64,000 nucleotides of DNA. It comes from Octopus vulgaris (Eukaryota). The notes beneath the pieces are model-generated. The model saw nothing but the letters and a program-made list of their open reading frames with translations, had not been told where the DNA came from and did no database searches. The translations under genes and the position numbers were made by a program. The DNA lies in assembly GCA_951406725.2 (NCBI GenBank), contig OX597814.1:135594001-135658000 (forward strand), in the 5' to 3' direction. Below, in pieces: positions 1 through 11,295 of the stretch; position 1 is the stretch's first letter, and every line of letters starts with the position of its first letter.

Positions 1-130
1 CACAAGGCTTTGATCATATATGTAGATGTTGAGCAGTAGTAGATGACACTTGCCGAAGGTGCCAAACAGTGGGACTGAACCTGGAACCATATGGTTGGGA
101 AGCAAGCTTCTTACCATACAGCCACACCTG
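1..130 (-). mobile_element. tRNA-derived SINE (family A), 5' head, truncated by window edge
   Basis: Reverse complement has box A-like TGGCTGTATGG and box B-like GGTTCAGTCCC; matches the head of the full copy at 15735-16145. Confidence 0.8.
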
Positions 131-479
131 TAAAACATGACAGAGCAAGCAACAAAATGCGAATTCTGTTGACAAACCTATTGTATTAACTCTTCGGAGT
201 TTAATAATAAGGACAGGATGACATATCAAATATGTGGGAAGGGGAGGTGAGAGAGAGATTGAGTGAGTGTGTGTGCATGTGTATGCTTGTGTGTGTGTAT
301 CACAAACACACAGTTATCTGAGGATGATAACATTCACACAGCAATGTGATGCCTGAGGCATATTTTAATCTTACAACACTGACACATCAGCCAATAATAT
401 TGCTGAACAAAAATGACATAAAAATGCCCAACAGTACCTGGAAACAGACTTGAATAGTCAATACCATTTAAGGAAAACA

Positions 480-1205
480 GTAACAGCCAATTCTGTCTGA
501 CAACTCTCAGCACCAGCCAATTCTGTCCGGCAATTAGCCAATTCTGCCCAACAACACTAGCCAACTCTGACCCACAACAAACAATGCCAGCCAATTCTGT
601 CCCACAACAAACAATGCCAGCCAATTCTGAATCATAATATGCAATACCAGCCAATTCTGTCCAGCAGCACACAGCACTAGCCAATTTTGCCCCACAACAA
701 ACAATTCTAGCCAATTCTGAATTATAACACCAAATAGTTCTGCTCCACAACACTAGTCAATTCTGTTCTACAATGCCCAACAACACACAACACCAGCCAA
801 TACTGCCCCACAACATGAACCATTTCTGATGTACAACAAACAATACCAGGCAATTTTGAATCACAACACACTTTGCCAACCAATTCTGTCCCACAACGTA
901 CACTAGCAACCAATTCTGTTCCACAGCAACAACTAATTCTGTCCCAAAACATGCAATACCAGCCAATTTTGTCCAACAGCACACATCACTAATCAATTTA
1001 GTCCCACAAAACCAGTGAATTCTATCAAACAACACAACAGCCAGTTCTACCCCACCACAACAGCCAATTCTGCCCCAAAACACAACAGCAGCCAATTCTG
1101 CCCCACAACACACAAGGGCAGCCAATTTTTCTCCACAATAGTATCCAAATTCTGCTGACAAACCAGTAGCTAATTCTGTCACAAAACCCAATAGCTGCTA
1201 ATTCT
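480..1205. repeat. Degenerate 30-bp minisatellite, consensus CCAGCCAATTCTGTCCCACAACAAACAATG
   Basis: Clean 30-bp periodicity at 557, 587, 617, 647, 677, 707; about 25 degenerate units with core GCCAATTCTG; explains the repetitive CC-rich minus-strand ORFs. Confidence 0.9.
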
Positions 1206-1392
1206 AACATCTAAGCCTATCAAATAACAGTATCAATACAAGTTGCCTGAACCTATGTGAAAATATCTATGAAGTGTGTTGTCCAGCTAGAAACAGCAAG
1301 CAAATCACATTTAAAAAGAAAGAAAGATACTGTAGATAATGAAGTCCTAGATATATACAAGAACAAGTTGGTTATTGCTGGGACCCTTTCAC

Positions 1393-1475
1393 AATTCATA
1401 GGCCTGCTAAATCAGCAGTGATTTACAGTAAAAATTCATAGGCCTGCTAAATCAGCAGTGATTTACAGTAAAAAT
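1393..1475. repeat. Perfect 40-bp tandem duplication
   Basis: AATTCATAGGCCTGCTAAATCAGCAGTGATTTACAGTAAA at 1393-1432 and 1433-1472. Confidence 0.95.
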
Positions 1476-1801
1476 AACCCATCAAAACAAACTAAAATAC
1501 AAATTAGTTTAAAAAAATAATTAAATATTATTAAAAAACCCATTAAGAGAAAGCAATTTAAAATAATAGTAAGTCTTGCACACATTTAAATGAAATGGTT
1601 TACAATAAAAGATTTATATTGTTAATGAGATTTGTTGGTTATCAAAGAGATAATAGAAGTAGTTTTATCAGAGATAGCTATTAAGTGAAAGAGAATCACT
1701 TTGTTTTATAAATAAAATAAAATCATTTGATCAAGTGTGTACAGGTAATTACCTGATCGTTTTAGCACAGTTAAACAATTATCAATAATATAACACATAT
1801 A

Positions 1802-1806
<5 letters not shown>

Positions 1807-1863
<57 letters not shown>
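1807..1863. repeat. (GT)n microsatellite
   Basis: Direct reading. Confidence 0.95.
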
Positions 1864-1867
<4 letters not shown>

Positions 1868-2632
1868 TATGTTTTATGTCAAGTGGTTGGTGATGAAGGT
1901 GGTGGTTCTTGTTGACTCAGTCTAGCTGAAGATTAAGCTTTAACATACGTGTATATGTGTGTGTATACACATGTGAGTGCGTATATTTTATGTCAAGTGT
2001 TTTGTGTTGTTGTTACTCAGACTAGTAGAAGATTAAGCTATGACTATAGCAATTCACCAATCCTCAAATTGATTGGCATGTTGGAGTTGGGAAGGGTATT
2101 CTATGAGGCTGATGCTTTTTCAGTTACCAAAATTGGTATCTTGTATTTCCGAATTTAAATCATTGGCCTTCATGTGCCATGCTTACAAGTGTTGGTAATT
2201 ATGAACCTCCACACACTTCTGTCCTACACACAACTTGATGCATTATTGGGCCTGTTATTCTGAAACCAGCTGGTAAGGCCATCTAGTATCATCTCTCTAA
2301 CTTCCCCATCTTTTTTTAGCTTTTAGTCTTCTTTAGCTGTCACAGCTCAAGGTTTGAGCTCAGAATTTAAGGAACTAAAATGGACACCACAACACATCTC
2401 ATCCAATTTTCTTATTTTTCATATAATTAATTATAACTTTCCAACCCTGTCTCTGTATCTACCATTGGCACAAGGCCAGCAATTTAGTTAAGAGGGCTGG
2501 TCTGGTACCTACTTAATTGGTCCCACAAGGATGAAAAGCTCAGTCAACCTTGATGGAATTTGAACTCATTTTCTGAGTGCTAACAGTTCTGCCAGCTTGT
2601 CACCTTTGACTATTCTAATGCTACTGTTGTTA

Positions 2633-3013
2633 TCTTACTTGTTTCAGTCATAAGACTGCGACCTTACCAAGGTACCAATTTGAAGAATATTTCGTCAAAT
2701 GAATTGACCTCAGTACTTTTTTTTTTTTTTTTTGTAAATCCTGGTACTTATCTACCAGTTTCTTTTGCTGAACCACTAAGTTACAGAGATGTAAAACACA
2801 CCAACATCAATTGTCAAACAGTAGTGGGGACAAACACACACATTATACACACACACACACAATGGGCTTCTTTCAGTTTCTTCCAACCAAATTCATCCAC
2901 AAGGCTTTGATCAGCCCAAGTTTATTGAAGAAAACACTTGCCCAAAGTCCCACATGGTGGGACTGAACCCAGAACCATGTGGTTGGGAAGCAAACTTCTC
3001 ACCACACAGCTAC
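2633..3013 (-). mobile_element. tRNA-derived SINE family A, near full length, diverged
   Basis: Colinear with 15735-16145, including box B, TTGGGCAAGTG core and CTGAAACAAGTAA tail. Confidence 0.8.
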
Positions 3014-3590
3014 AAATTTTCAGACCAACAAGAAAGCTTCATAAAAACAAAACAAGAAGGTTAATTTCTTGACAAGTTAAAACTGCAAACTGAATTAGTT
3101 GCTTTCAGCTCATTTACATTGCAAATATTTCCACTCTTTTTTAAAGATTTATGTCAGTCTCATTTCATTCTGTTATAAAATTTTGGTAGTGTGTCTCAAG
3201 AAATTCATCTTAAGAATGATATTTAAATGCCAACTATAAAAGATCTATGCCAAAAACCTCATTCATTTTTTCAGGAATTACATAAACATCCATTCCACTC
3301 TGTTGTAGAGAAAGAAAAAAACTAATGATAAATTGCAAAGAAACACTTCATTATCGTCGTTTTAATATCCACTTCTCCATGCTTACATGGGTCAGACGGA
3401 ATTTACTGAGGCAGATTTTCTATGGCTGGACACCCTTTGTCATCAGCATTATCATCAGTTTCCAAATAGGGTAAAATTTCCCCATGACTAGACATCTTCT
3501 TGCAGAATATTGGAAATGAATGATACTCTGTATGACAGTGGCACGCATTTATAACATGATGTCAAAGCAAAGTGACAAGCACACTTATTT

Positions 3591-3620
3591 TATATATATA
3601 TATATATATATGCGTGTGTG

Positions 3621-3658
<38 letters not shown>

Positions 3659-3718
3659 TTTATATGTATATATGTATGTATATATATGTGTATGTATGTA
3701 TGTATGTATGTATACACA
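3591..3718. repeat. (TA)n/(TATG)n compound microsatellite
   Basis: Direct reading. Confidence 0.9.
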
Positions 3719-3852
3719 CAAGCTTCTTTCAGTTTCTATTAAATCAACCCAAGACTGCTTGACTTGAGGCTATAGAAGATAGTTGCTCAAGGTGCCACAC
3801 TGTGGGATTGAACCCAAAACCATGTGGTTGGAAAGGAAACTTCTCCACCACA

Positions 3853-4190
3853 CATCATCATCATCATCATTTAGCATCTGTTCTCCATGCTAGCATGGAT
3901 TGGACGGTTCAACTGGGGTCTGTGAAACTGGAAGGCTTCATCAGGCCCAGTCAGATCTGGTAGTGTTTCTACGGCTGGATGCCCTTCCTAACGCCAACCA
4001 CTCCGTGCTTTTTACGTGCCACCCGCACAGGTGCCAAACAGAGCTGGCAAACGGCCAGGAACGGATGGTGCTTTTACGTGTCACCGGCACGGGGGCCAGG
4101 CGAGGCTGGCAACGGACACGAACGGATGGTGCTTTTACGTGCCACCAACACGGGGGCCAGACAGAGCTGGCAAACGGCCACAAAACGGAA
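3853..4190 (-). mobile_element. RTE-LINE 3' tail element with (GAT)n end and internal tandem subrepeats
   Basis: Same sequence as the 3' UTR of the RTE LINE at 59014-60265; (CAT)n on +; subrepeat GTGCTTTTACGTGCCACC occurs three times. Confidence 0.8.
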
Positions 4191-4699
4191 CCATGAGAAA
4201 ACACTATCTTTTATGCTCTATTGCAAGAATAAGTTTTCCATGTTAATTATAATAATGTATTGGCAGAATCATTAATGAGTCAGATAAAATACCTTGCAGG
4301 TTTGTTCCAGCTGTCTGTGCTTCAAGTTCAAATCCTATAAACTTACCCATTCATCCTTGCAGAGTAGATAAACAGAGTGCTAGTGCAGGGTAGAGGTTTA
4401 ATTGTATTGTTAGTACACCTTGTATTATCTCTACTGGCTCTTTGAATTCCGAGTTCAAACTGTGATCACAATTAATTATGAAAGCTACAATGGGTAGAGG
4501 AAGATTATGGTTGTAGGTTACTGGAGTTGAACAATAATAATGGTAATTATGTTAATTTATTTATTCTATAAGCAGTTCTACTTTTCAATGGCCTCCAGTG
4601 TATACCCTTGAATGTTTACTTTGTGGATCTCTCAATACTAGTTTTGGCAAATATGAAGACCATGCTGCTTTTGTCTTTCACATATGCCAAAATCAAATC

Positions 4700-4995
4700 T
4701 AGCACAGCTCCCATGACTTTCGGAAATATTTTTTCACGCTAAGAGTTGCTGAAGCATGGGACAGACTGCCAGCATCAGTTGTTAGTTATCAAAGCACTGC
4801 ATCATTCAAAACTTCCATGCTTCCTGAGATTCGCCAACACTACACCTGATTTTCTCCCCTCCATACACACGCAAGCATGTATCTGACTCATACACTGTTC
4901 GCTTTCCAGACATTTGTACATTACTGCATATACTTCATATACACTTTTGACAAGTTGTGGTGCACCTGAGCACTGTATACAATAATTTCATTATA
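4700..4995 (+). mobile_element. CR1-type LINE 3' end remnant
   Basis: Translates HSSHDFRKYFFTLRVAEAWDRLPASVVSYQSTASFKTSM, matching the CR1-clade ORF2 C-terminal pattern FF..RV...W..LP..VV...S...FK; followed by 3' UTR. Confidence 0.7.
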
Positions 4996-5485
4996 TATTA
5001 TATAAAATTAGTTATCTACTAATATTGGTTTTTTTCTCCTTGTGAACATCATTTTAATGTCTGCTTTCTCTATGCTGGCACCGAGTGGGCAAAACTTTAT
5101 GAGGCAATATTCTATCAGTGAATGCCTTTACTTGAAAACAGTTAATGTTTGATTATAGAAAAGTATTTACATTTCACTGATCTTCTCATATCAAAATCAA
5201 TGAAATCACCAAGCTACAAAATGTGTTGTTTAAAGGAGATGTAAACAAAGTCACTGTCACCTACAACAGTGTCAATGTGAAAACAAGCAGAAATAAACTT
5301 ATGCACACACAGATACTAGTCAGTCGATCCAGTAGGTGGAGCTTCACTTCAATGATGGGAGCTGAAGTGCTGTAAAGTCATTGAGAGGAAGGCCGCAAAA
5401 CAGAGCATGTTTTCTTCTGATAACTCTTGAAACATACAGACATCTGGTATGCAGAGTTTTTGATTAGCATCAATTGCACAAGCAA

Positions 5486-5631
5486 GCTGTTTTCAAGTTA
5501 TATATGCATGAATGTGCACTAGTATAGCTAGAGTATGTACCACTTGGGGTAGCCCTTCAGTTTGCTGCCCCAAGTGGTACATACTGTAGCTATACTAGTG
5601 CACATTCATGCATATATAACTTGAAAACAGC
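5486..5631. repeat. Near-perfect inverted repeat (68-bp arms, 10-nt loop)
   Basis: Arms 5486-5553 and 5564-5631 are complementary at 66/68 positions. Confidence 0.95.
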
Positions 5632-5937
5632 ATATTGGCTACAGCAGACCCAAAAGTGGAGCCCCTTTAAAAGTGCTGCCCAGGGCAGACTGCCCCTACC
5701 CCACACTATGCTAGTGTGCATGTGCACACACACACATTCTTTTACTTTTTTTTCAGTCACTGGACTGCAGCTATGCTGGGGCACTTAGTCAATGTTATAT
5801 TTTCTAAATTTGACATTTATAATACCGGTCTCTTAGCTATTTTAAAATTATTTCAGAAGAAAGAAATACACACACACATTTGTCCATTTCTTATTACATC
5901 ATTTTACAGCTGAATGCCCTTCCTGTCACTCTAGTAA

Positions 5938-6157
5938 CCCTTTTGTTACCATAATCCTGTTGAAATACACTACTTTTGTTTCAATTTATTTTGATGATAA
6001 TGAAGAATTTGGTAAGATAATTATCATTATTAAGCTGATGTTTGGAACAAAAATTAACATGAGATTTTACTAGAAGGTTTTAATTTAGCTCACTTTAAAG
6101 CAAGAAATTTGTATCACAGAATCAAGGGTGGCCTCAAGAGGGTCAGTATCAAAAGGG
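5938..6157. mobile_element. piggyBac-type (TTAA, CCC...GGG) non-autonomous MITE
   Basis: Termini CCCTTTTGTTACC / GTATCAAAAGGG followed by TTAA; related copies at 7202-7403, 31119-31327 and 40214-40434. Confidence 0.65.
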
Positions 6158-6810
6158 TTAAATTAAGAAATATCTCATTCTACATGTCTTTAGAGGTGAA
6201 AAACCTCCAGATCACCTGTTGACAGGAGGAAATGACAGCAACATTACCACCTGTAACAGTGCTTCTTGTAGAGTGTAAGCAAAGATTCACATATATGCAT
6301 AGGCGCCCACACACACACACACACACACAAAATAGTAGGCTTCTTTCAGTTTCTGTCCATCAGATCCATTCACAAGGTATTGGTTGGACCATGGCTATAG
6401 TATAAGGCACTAGTCCAAGGTGCTTTGCAGTGGGACTGGATCTGAAACCACATGTACCTATCAACATATTTAATGAAGAGTATATCAAATAGCTAAAAAT
6501 AAATATGTATAGTGAAAAGAGCAGGAAATAACATTAGTCAATGACACATGCTATTTCAAAAATTTTCAGCAAATGTGGGCAATAATGTCATATGTTTCAT
6601 ATTTATTATGACTTCATTAAAAAGCAAAACATTCACTGAACTAAGTGATGAAAAAACTAGGGAACCAAATTACTCTTAACTTACACGTGTCTACCTCTAA
6701 AAAGAGGAGATGGCCATGGCTGAAATACCTTTGATCATAGACATGCTTGATCAGGGCTGACAACAATTGTAAATGTGTGTTTGAGTGATCAGAAACTGTA
6801 TATCACAAAA

Positions 6811-7147
6811 TAAAGGGTAAAGATCCCCTTCAGTTATAAATGACCCCATGAGATTGCACCTAGAAAGTTTCCCTCCAAAGCACATCCAGGCAAGGTTGTT
6901 TATGGAAGACCAACAGTTGCCTATGCATACCAGCCTCTCCTCTCCATGCCACCAATGTATCCAAGGGAAAGGCAAAGACTAATACAGCTTGGCACCAGTA
7001 ACATCACAACTCATTTCCACAGCTGAGTGAACTGGAGCAATGTGAAATACAGTGTCTGGCTCAAGAACACAACACACACCCCAGTCCAGGAATTGAACTC
7101 ACTACCTTATGATTGTAAGTCTGATGTTCTAAGCACTGAGGCATGTG
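6811..7147 (-). mobile_element. tRNA-derived SINE family B
   Basis: Head CTCAGTG.TTAGA...GAGTTCAATTCC (box A/B); colinear copies at 24196-24369 (internally deleted), 26925-27225 and 34643-34968. Confidence 0.8.
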
Positions 7148-7201
7148 TCACAGCTTAATAGGGTGTTTGTCATACTGAGAATTAATTTCTTAGCTGTTTA
7201 A

Positions 7202-7403
7202 CCCCTTTGATACCAACCTTTGGTTCTAAGATGCTTACTTTCTATTTAAAGATGATCTGAACATTCTGTTAAAATTTCAAGTAAATTTATGTTCCAAACA
7301 ACAGTTTAATAATGACAAATTTCTTTTACAAAATTGTTCATTATTTTCAAAATTAAATAAAACAAAGACAATATATTTCAACAGAAATATGATAACAAAA
7401 GGG
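7202..7403. mobile_element. piggyBac-type MITE
   Basis: TTAA on both sides (7198-7201, 7404-7407); termini CCCCTTTGATACC / GATAACAAAAGGG. Confidence 0.7.
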
Positions 7404-7593
7404 TTAAACAGCAGGACAGAAGTGTATCAGAAACTGTGAAGTGGTAAGTAAATGATTTATGGTGTTTAATTAAATTTCTTTACATTCTGATCTGAAATCT
7501 CAACTTTTCTGGTATCAAATGATTATGATAGCAAGTAAATACTTGGATTTATTCATTTTGCTAGATCTCACACCTAGAATGTTTGATCGTGTG

Positions 7594-7858
7594 CAGTGTT
7601 TTTCAACCATTTCCTGTCTGTGAACCCCTTTGATTCCTGTTTTTACTCTGCTGGACCTCCAATAGCCATTTGCTATATATTTTAAGAAAAGGCCTACACT
7701 ATTTTCATAACTAAATAGTATTAAGAATTATTTTTTAAAAAAATAAAGATATTGTGCATGGAGAATTATAACCAATTTTTTGCCCATAAATTTCATCAAC
7801 AAAAGCTTATGTGGTCTACCAAGGGCCATATGGACCCTGACCTAGTGAGAAAACATTG
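7594..7858. mobile_element. hAT (Charlie-like) MITE, diverged
   Basis: CAGTGTTTTTCAAC ... GAGAAAACATTG termini; related partial copy from 63484. Confidence 0.5.
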
Positions 7859-8869
7859 TTTACGGTGAGCCAATGAATCAGCCATGATATAGTCAATTTA
7901 GTAGAAATAGCAGTTAAATCTCCCTCAAATGACATTCTACTGTCTTAAAAGCTCAACAGATACCTTGGATAATCTACTCCTAGATGTATTATAACTGAAA
8001 AACAAGGATAGTATTGTTATGACTAGAATAGTTTTGATCATAGGTCTGTTTAATCAGGGTTAGAACAATTATTGCTTAGGAGGATGAAGAATTGGAATAA
8101 GAGAAGAGTTATTTTTTTTTTCATTAGGTGAAATAATTAGGTAATAACATAATGGTTAGTCCACATTACTCTGTAAGGAACACAGGGTCAGTTTCCAAGT
8201 TTCTCTGGTGTGTATATTCCTTTCTGGATGAGAGGCTAGTCCATTGCAGGATTACTCATTTTTACCAGGTGGGTGAACTGGAGCAACAGGAAATGAAATG
8301 TTTTGCTCAAGAACACAACGCATTGCCCAGTCCAGGAAGCAAAACCAGAATTTTACAATCATGAGTCCAACAACCTAACCCATGTGCCTCCACTGTAGAT
8401 AATATCATAATACAAGTATTCAATTTGCCATATAGAGTAAACTTCCTCCTATTTGACACCCCTGGAACCAGAGGCTTACTGGATAACTTGTTCTGGATAT
8501 CAAATCATCACTTTTTAAACTACCATAGCACTTTACAAAACACATTCACACCATATATACACCAGTGTTATCATTAATATAGTAACATGTGGCTTACTGG
8601 TTCAGGTGCTGCACTAAAGATTGTGATTTCAGTTCCTGGAATAGGCAATGCATTGTGTTGTTAAGCAAGATATTTAATTTCACATTGTCCCAATTAGCTC
8701 AGCTGGCAAAAATGAGTAATTCTGCAATGGACCAGTGTCCAATCAAGGAAAGGAGGGGTATATATGCCACAGAATCTGGGAAACCAGTTTTATGAGCCAA
8801 TGGCTCAAGAAATACCTTTGGTCCATTTTTTTTTATTATCATTATAATGAATGCAGTCATTAAAAAGTG

Positions 8870-8953
8870 ATGAATTTAATGCATTCAAGATTTCACAGCT
8901 CTAGTATCACTCCTTCATAGTCAGCCTATGAATTTTTCAGCCCACCCTTGTAT
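8870..8953 (-). mobile_element. mariner left-end fragment
   Basis: Reverse complement matches the mariner left end at about 36565-36650; shares TIR GTCAGCCTATGAA.TTTTCA with 9982-10000. Confidence 0.6.
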
Positions 8954-9261
8954 GTACCCGAGTAACAAATGGTATTTGTAATCAACTGTCCGCCTCTCAC
9001 AAAGTTTCAGGCCTTGTGCTGGAAGCTTTGGTGGAAGGAGACAGTTGATTACATCTATCCCAGTGCTCAACTGATACCTATTTCATTGACCCCCCAAAAG
9101 GATGAAAGGCAAAGTCGACATTGGTGGAATTTGAACTCAGAACAGAGACATGAAATGCCACTAAACATTTTGTCAGGTATGCTACCCAGCTAGCTCAGTC
9201 AGTAAAGCACAATGTAAGACTCTCTTTCTTCCTTTTAATGACAATTAATTAACACCAATTC

Positions 9262-10000
9262 TATTGGCATGATGAAGGTTTCTGCTTGGTGGGCACCATA
9301 TCTTCTGACACCAGATCAAAAGCCCACCAGGTTGATTACATCACAGAAAAATTTGACATTTTTTGAGGCAGATCCAGCTGGTTTCCTTGAAAATTTCCTA
9401 AAACAGGATGAATGTTGGTTTCATCACTTTGAGCCAGAGACAAAGAGACAATCTATGCAGTGGAAACACTCATCCTTGCCTGCTGCAAAGAAGGTCAAGG
9501 TAATTTCATGTACAGAGAGTATGATGGCCTCAGCTTTTGGGATGCAAAAAGGGCCACGCCATCAATGGAGAGTACTGTACCAACTCAGGCAGTTACAAAA
9601 GGCTATCATGACCAATTGCCCAGGAAAACTGATGAATGGAGTCTTGTTTCATCAGGACAATGTTCCAGTACACAAGTCTTTGGTTTCAATGGCTGCTGTG
9701 CAAGACTGGATTTTATCTGGTTGATCATCATCTCTAATCTCCTGATTTGACTCCATCTGACTCATCTGCTCCCCAGCATGCAAAAACACTTGGCTGCATC
9801 AATATCACAGTCATGATAATATCATGTCTACTGTTGACGACTATTTTGACCAACATGATGAAAGCTTCTTCAACAATGGAATGCAAACACTGCAACACCG
9901 ATGGAAGAAGTGTGTGGGCTGCAAGGTATACTATATTGAAAAATAAATCTCATTTAGTTACATTCCATGAAAGTATCTTGGTCAGCCTATGAACTTTTCA
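9262..10000 (+). pseudogene. mariner transposase remnant (DD34D), 5' truncated, frameshifted
   Basis: KVSAWWAPYLLT (WVP..LT motif), QDECWFHHFEPETKRQSMQWKH, FHQDNVPVH, PDLTPSD motif, then right TIR. Confidence 0.9.
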
Positions 10001-11030
10001 TATATTGATTACTTTCATCACCACTATTGTGTCCACCAATTCCTCAGTCCTTCCTCACTAGCCACAATACCCAGGCCTTTGTTCCCAGAATGTTGACTGT
10101 CCCGAAATTCCCTTTCTGCATATCCCTTGCCTGCAGTTGTCTATTTGCAACAGTTTAGGTGGAACATTAATGGTATCAATCTCATCAGTCTTGTATGTGT
10201 CTATGCAAAAGTCATGGGCATAGCCTTTTCTCTTAACCAAGCATAGAACAAAAAATGGGGTATGGTTTGAGGGAGATTTTATTGATATTTCTAGCAGGTC
10301 AAGTGACCACAGGGTCACAGTGGTCATAAACTTTCTGCCACCAAGTACCTATTTTTATTAAAATTTTTCTACAGACCTCACCAAGCTTTTGAAAGGTCTA
10401 GCAACTCAATAAGCCAATTCTTAACAATAAGTTTGGTTTCTGCTTCATCTCTCAAATACAAAGATATATGCAACTGAATATTTATATGTAACAGTAATTA
10501 TAAAGCAGTCTTTTAAAATTTTAAACACATCTTATGGACCCCAAGTAGAGAACCACTGATTTAGGGGTTCCATCATTGACTTGCAACACATACATAAGTG
10601 TTTTGTTATTGATGACTGTTCCATCATACAAAGGAAACTATCCAATCCTTTCAGTTTCACTTACTGTATTATATCACACCTTGATTATTAAAGAAAATGT
10701 AAACTGACTATCCTTGTCAAATAAAGATACTAATGGATTAGTTTCACAATGGACTTGGCTGATAACCAGTTATATGCTGTATGTCATAACAGGAATTTAA
10801 CATAACCCTTTAGCATTCAGATTTCTTTGTCAATCTATTGCTTATTTTTATTCACATTGTTTTGAATTAATCATGCATTGTCTTCTAGCTTCAAGATTTC
10901 AATGACATGTTTGTATGTTTTCAGAATGACATTCTACAGTAGGTGTGATTCATGGGTTTGCCAAATATCTCGATACATTTGTTTAACCCATGCTAGCATG
11001 ATAAAAAAAGCTGATGTAAAAATTAATGGA

Positions 11031-11295
11031 CTGTCCGTTGCCAGCCGCCTGGCCCCCGTGCCGGTGGCACGTAAAAGCACCATCCGTTCGTGGCCATTTG
11101 CCAGCTGCGGGTGGCACGTAAAGGAAGATTACACTACACTCACGGGGTGGTTGGCGTTAGGAAGGGCATCCAGCCGTAGAAACACTGCCAGATCTGACTG
11201 GGCCTGATGCGGCCTTCCGGCTTCACAGACCCCAGTCGAACAGTCCAACCCATGCTAGCATGGAAAACGGACGCTAAATGATGATGAATGATGAT
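11031..11295 (+). mobile_element. RTE-LINE 3' tail element, young (CpG retained)
   Basis: Same family as 3853-4190; ends in (GAT)n; other copies near 20980-21200, 26085-26295, 28285-28515, 30398-30592 and 42660-42925. Confidence 0.8.

Noticed and set aside
480-1205. CRISPR-like repeat-spacer array
   Set aside because: Eukaryotic context; the variable parts are homologous to each other and there are no cas genes
334-1210. Cys-rich repetitive minus-strand ORFs as a protein gene
   Set aside because: They are readings of the 30-bp minisatellite; the repeat hops between frames and no splice signals support it
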